Shown one piece after another: positions 60,585-64,000 of a DNA stretch of 64,000 nt (the stretch's first letter is position 1; each line of letters starts with the position of its first letter). Below the pieces are notes generated by a model that was not told the origin of the DNA, searched no databases, and worked only from the letters and a program-made list of their open reading frames with translations. Location of the stretch: the NCBI GenBank assembly GCA_965541615.1, contig CBEUCJ010000001.1, forward strand, positions 131,754 through 195,753. Direction: 5' to 3'. Both the position numbers and the translations under genes were made by a program. Source of the DNA: an uncultured bacterium. GTDB lineage: Bacteria > Omnitrophota > Gorgyraeia > Duberdicusellales > CBEUCJ01.

Positions 60585-61573
60585 TTCTCATTGCTCATTG
60601 CCCTTTCAGCTTCTAATAATATACAATTTACTTCTTTACTTTCTTCAACAGTAAACATTGAAGGAGTTTTAAGAATTACAGGGATTTCTAAGATGATTGA
60701 TACTATTTTAGTTGGAATATTTTTAAATCTAGATGGAATCCATAATTTTGTATATTCTCGAGGTAATAATTCTTTAGCTATTCTCGAATAAGAAAAATTT
60801 TTATACTCTTCTTTGATTAAATGAGAGAGCTCATGTTTTGATAAAATTTTTTTAATCAAGTAGAGTTTTTTATTAAGTCGTATTAATTTTTTTAACATTA
60901 TTGAAGAAGGATGGAAAGCGTATGTCTTGTAAACTATATGATCATCTTCTTTTATATTTATATTCCGGAACACTCCTAATGTGGAGAACCTGTATTTGGG
61001 CGATGTTTTGAAAAATATAGGGAAATATATTTTATCTTCTGCCCCACAATGTTTGTAGATTTCTAAATATGCATTTTTTATCCTTTCTCTTTCCTCAGAA
61101 TTCTTAAATATTTTATTAAAGTTTATTACCTTTGGAGAAACGAATAAAATAATATCTCTTATTTTGTTATCTTTATGTAATGTGATAGATTTAATTGTAC
61201 GGAATTTTAGAAATTGTAATTTGTCTTCTCTTACTGCCATATAGTAGATGTCATCATTGGGACGATAAGGTAAGGCTTTGTAGGAAATGGAAGGAAAAAG
61301 CAGACGGTTATTTTTTATTTTTCCATAAAGAAGAATACTTTCTTTGAATGATAGATATTTAGCATTGTTGAGCAAAGTTTTTATTTTATTTAAAGATATT
61401 TCTCCATTATCTATCAGGTCTGAATATTTTGCTTTAAGTAGATATATAGACGTATAATAGGGAATTCTTTTTTCTGAGAGAAGCCAAAAATAAAGAGCAG
61501 CTAATACCGTGAGACAAATTATTAGTAGGAATGAGATTTTTGTTTTTTTAGAGAATTTCAATATGTGAGTCAT
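60581..61573 (-). CDS. Hypothetical membrane-anchored protein with HExxH motif
   Basis: N-terminal TM (FLLIICLTVLAALYFW); HELSH. Confidence 0.6.
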   Translation of the reverse strand: MTHILKFSKKTKISFLLIICLTVLAALYFWLLSEKRIPYYTSIYLLKAKYSDLIDNGEISLNKIKTLLNNAKYLSFKESILLYGKIKNNRLLFPSISYKALPYRPNDDIYYMAVREDKLQFLKFRTIKSITLHKDNKIRDIILFVSPKVINFNKIFKNSEERERIKNAYLEIYKHCGAEDKIYFPIFFKTSPKYRFSTLGVFRNINIKEDDHIVYKTYAFHPSSIMLKKLIRLNKKLYLIKKILSKHELSHLIKEEYKNFSYSRIAKELLPREYTKLWIPSRFKNIPTKIVSIILEIPVILKTPSMFTVEESKEVNCILLEAERAMSNEK

Positions 61574-63059
61574 TATTCACCTCCTCTTTTATTATTTCTT
61601 CCATATTTTTAAATACCACTTCCTTATTTTCAAAAAAAATATTGCTTCCTACTTTAAGAATATTTTTTACTTTTCCTTGAGAAATATTTTTTAAACTCTT
61701 ATTTCTTAATTTTCCTATTATAGCAAAGTACTCATCGCTCTCCTTTTCTTTAAATACTCTTATTATATTTTCAAAGTTTTTTCGAAGAAAATCCCTATAA
61801 TAATTATTCCATAAAAAGGAAAGATTTCTAACTAATAAAATATACTTAATATTTTTTTCTTCTACAAAAAATAATTTAGAAATTTCCACCCTTTTAACTA
61901 ATATCACTTTTTTATTTAAGAGTTTTATGGACTTAATTACTTTATCTATAGGTATTGTATCAGGTATAAAACCTTTGTAGTTTCCACATGGTAAGAGAAT
62001 TCTATCTTTAAATTCGTTCTTAATTTTGTTAAATGTATTAAAGTCACCCGTTATTTCTATTCTATCTTGCATTACTCTTATACATATATATTCTCTGTTT
62101 AAAAGATAATTTCCGACTAATAGAAATCCTCCAATAAATGGAGTATTTTTGTTTGTAAAAAAATATAATCCTATATCAGATATTCTTTTATTTAATGGGA
62201 AAAAAGGAGCTTTATTGAACCAAAAAAAGACGGCACGGATGATATAGAGGAGGACAATAATTTTAACTTCAAGCATATCTGTGCTTGCTATACTCCAGTT
62301 AGGTATGAAGCAGGGGGGTAGGTATAGGAAACTTTCAAGAGTAAAAGTGCCTCTTTTGTTTTTATGGATAAAGAATACGCTATGGTTATCTTCGTTTATG
62401 CAAGACGATTTTAAGCGGGTTACTCTATGGATAGTTACTATAGGAAGAAAATCGGGAGAGATTTTCATTAAATTACATAAGAAAGCACTATTTTTTAGAT
62501 AATTTATCCTGACTTTATTTTTTTCTATAATAACATTTATAAAAGAGTCTATAAATATTTCAAAAATTCCATCTTTTTTATTATGATTTACTAAAGAAAC
62601 TCTATATTTTCTTATTCTGTCTATAGTTTTTATGAAGAGCTCTTGAATTGTCTCTTTTTCTAAAAATAATATTTTATAGAGAATATCACCTGTGGGGGTA
62701 AGAACAAGTAAAGGATACAATAGATTTAAATTAAAAGGCTTTTCCGTATTTATTTTTATACTTTTGAAGAGAAAAACCTTTTCCTTATTATATATTTCTA
62801 TCCAAACACCAAAGTTAAAGAAGACTGATCTATCTTTTTCTTCTGATGTAGTATGAAAATTTTCGAAATTAATAATTTCTCGTCTTGAGAAATAATTTAT
62901 GAGCTCTTCGTTCTTATAAGAAATCATATAAGAAATCAACGGAATGATATGTGTTTTCTCCTTTTCGAAATACAAAGATTTTTCCAAAAAGTTTTTGTAA
63001 TCAGATAAATTCTCTTTATTTTTATAATCTTCCAAAAATCTTCTAATTAAAGTCGACAT
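61548..63059 (-). CDS. Hypothetical protein
   Basis: 503-aa ORF overlapping both neighbours; no family recognised. Confidence 0.65.
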   Translation of the reverse strand: MSTLIRRFLEDYKNKENLSDYKNFLEKSLYFEKEKTHIIPLISYMISYKNEELINYFSRREIINFENFHTTSEEKDRSVFFNFGVWIEIYNKEKVFLFKSIKINTEKPFNLNLLYPLLVLTPTGDILYKILFLEKETIQELFIKTIDRIRKYRVSLVNHNKKDGIFEIFIDSFINVIIEKNKVRINYLKNSAFLCNLMKISPDFLPIVTIHRVTRLKSSCINEDNHSVFFIHKNKRGTFTLESFLYLPPCFIPNWSIASTDMLEVKIIVLLYIIRAVFFWFNKAPFFPLNKRISDIGLYFFTNKNTPFIGGFLLVGNYLLNREYICIRVMQDRIEITGDFNTFNKIKNEFKDRILLPCGNYKGFIPDTIPIDKVIKSIKLLNKKVILVKRVEISKLFFVEEKNIKYILLVRNLSFLWNNYYRDFLRKNFENIIRVFKEKESDEYFAIIGKLRNKSLKNISQGKVKNILKVGSNIFFENKEVVFKNMEEIIKEEVNNDSHIEIL

Positions 63060-64000
63060 TTTTTAAATTATTAAAGAATAATTTTGCTAGCTTTAGAGAG
63101 TATAGATAATCTTCAGAAAAAATTCTATCCTTAGGATACATAAAAGGTATAAATCCATTTTTAAGAATTATTCCACTAAGGTTAAGGATAACTTTCTTAT
63201 TTTTCATTTCTATTAATGAAAGTTTCTCCAAACATGCTAAATGATCTTCTAGTAATTGAAAAAGAGAAGGAGGCAACATAGCTTCATAACACCAATATAA
63301 GAGAAGTCGGAATCTAGATACCTCTAAGGAGATATTTTTTTCTTTTTTAAAAAGAATATTCTCTAAACCACGTTTTTTTATATTTAAGAAATACTGAGGG
63401 GGATTAGGGTTTACTTTATTTAGATCATAATAACGTGTTTCTGCAAGAGGTCCTAAACCTATTTGGATAGTTTTTCCATTGAAAATTTCTTTATTAATCT
63501 TTATTTCCTCATAGGGAAAACTTTTTGTCGTTTTTTTAAAAGTAAATCTAATTCCTGCTCCTCCCTTTCTTATGAACAAATTATTTTTTATAAAGTTATT
63601 GCTCACTATGAAAGAGAAAAGAATCCTTTTTATAATGTCTTCTAAGAAGGAGTATTTTGGAGAGTAGATTTTGTTCATTCTTTTTTTAGAACTGTAGTTA
63701 TAAAGAGTAATAAAAATTTCTTTATTATCTTTGAAGTTTTTTAGGAAAGATATAAGATTTATTAAATCTGTTAAATAATTAAAATTAACTTCAGGATAGT
63801 CTATAATAAGATCAATATTTAAACTCAAATCTAACTCTAATACATTTTTTATGCCTTCTAGTACTGTATCCTTTGTATAACGTCTTTCCATTTTTTTTAA
63901 AATACTATTTCTAAGACTTTCTACCCCTAGAGAGATATAATTGAAACCAATATCCTTCAAATTCTTAAGGAAATTTTTGTCTATGCCATATTTATCAGGA
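63043..64000 (-). CDS. HemN-like (class C) radical SAM protein, 5'-truncated by window
   Basis: Frame open to the window edge (PDKYGIDKNFLKNLKDIGFNYISLGVESL); NIDLI..YP, IGLGP.A, C-terminal L...G. Confidence 0.8.
   Translation of the reverse strand, partial: PDKYGIDKNFLKNLKDIGFNYISLGVESLRNSILKKMERRYTKDTVLEGIKNVLELDLSLNIDLIIDYPEVNFNYLTDLINLISFLKNFKDNKEIFITLYNYSSKKRMNKIYSPKYSFLEDIIKRILFSFIVSNNFIKNNLFIRKGGAGIRFTFKKTTKSFPYEEIKINKEIFNGKTIQIGLGPLAETRYYDLNKVNPNPPQYFLNIKKRGLENILFKKEKNISLEVSRFRLLLYWCYEAMLPPSLFQLLEDHLACLEKLSLIEMKNKKVILNLSGIILKNGFIPFMYPKDRIFSEDYLYSLKLAKLFFNNLKNVDFN

Noticed and set aside
4000-63645. Short antisense or alternate-frame ORFs in the track (e.g. 4000..4221, 9564..9896, 28311..28736, 39600..39995, 43122..43943, 58903..59223)
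   Set aside because: They lie within well-supported genes and lack motifs or SD sites; shadow ORFs
1-64000. CRISPR array, rRNA or long tandem repeats
   Set aside because: No regularly spaced repeats or rRNA-like GC-rich stretch seen on reading; no repeat-finding program was run

Overview
AT-rich bacterial chromosome segment. Gene content suggests an anaerobe, possibly Omnitrophota/PVC-like; this is inference, and no database search was run. Most of the window is + strand housekeeping genes: the carB 3' end, mutM, pyrK/pyrD/pyrF, a complete V/A-type ATPase operon with a Na+-type rotor, dnaG-rpoD, xseAB, proC, mtnP, ileS-dksA-lspA-rluD, aroA and mreBCD-mrdA-rodA. Accessory parts: (i) tRNA-Val and tRNA-Asp surrounded by one intact and two decayed toxin-antitoxin modules; (ii) a ~9 kb cluster gathering sulfide-using and Fe-S enzymes (DsrE, TtuA, CysK, His-type Thi4, aspartate-semialdehyde sulfurtransferase, HydE-like, C-type MnmA, NadA, SmsCB/SufCB); (iii) a lone type IV pilin beside an IS256 relic; (iv) a surface-glycan cluster; (v) from ~53.8 kb to the window end, an island next to an IS relic. 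The island holds the best candidate novel system, a putative RiPP cluster. It has a stand-alone PqqD/RRE, a nucleotidyltransferase, an S26 peptidase-GNAT fusion, a radical SAM/SPASM enzyme and an HPr-kinase-like protein. It also has an unannotated 50-aa precursor (58579..58731) with a YxxP leader motif, an A-I-A site and the C-terminal core QSCALCV. A convergent module with two more radical SAM enzymes and a HExxH protein faces this cluster. Two apparently real genes lack any usable ATG/GTG/TTG start. No CRISPR array or rRNA was seen.
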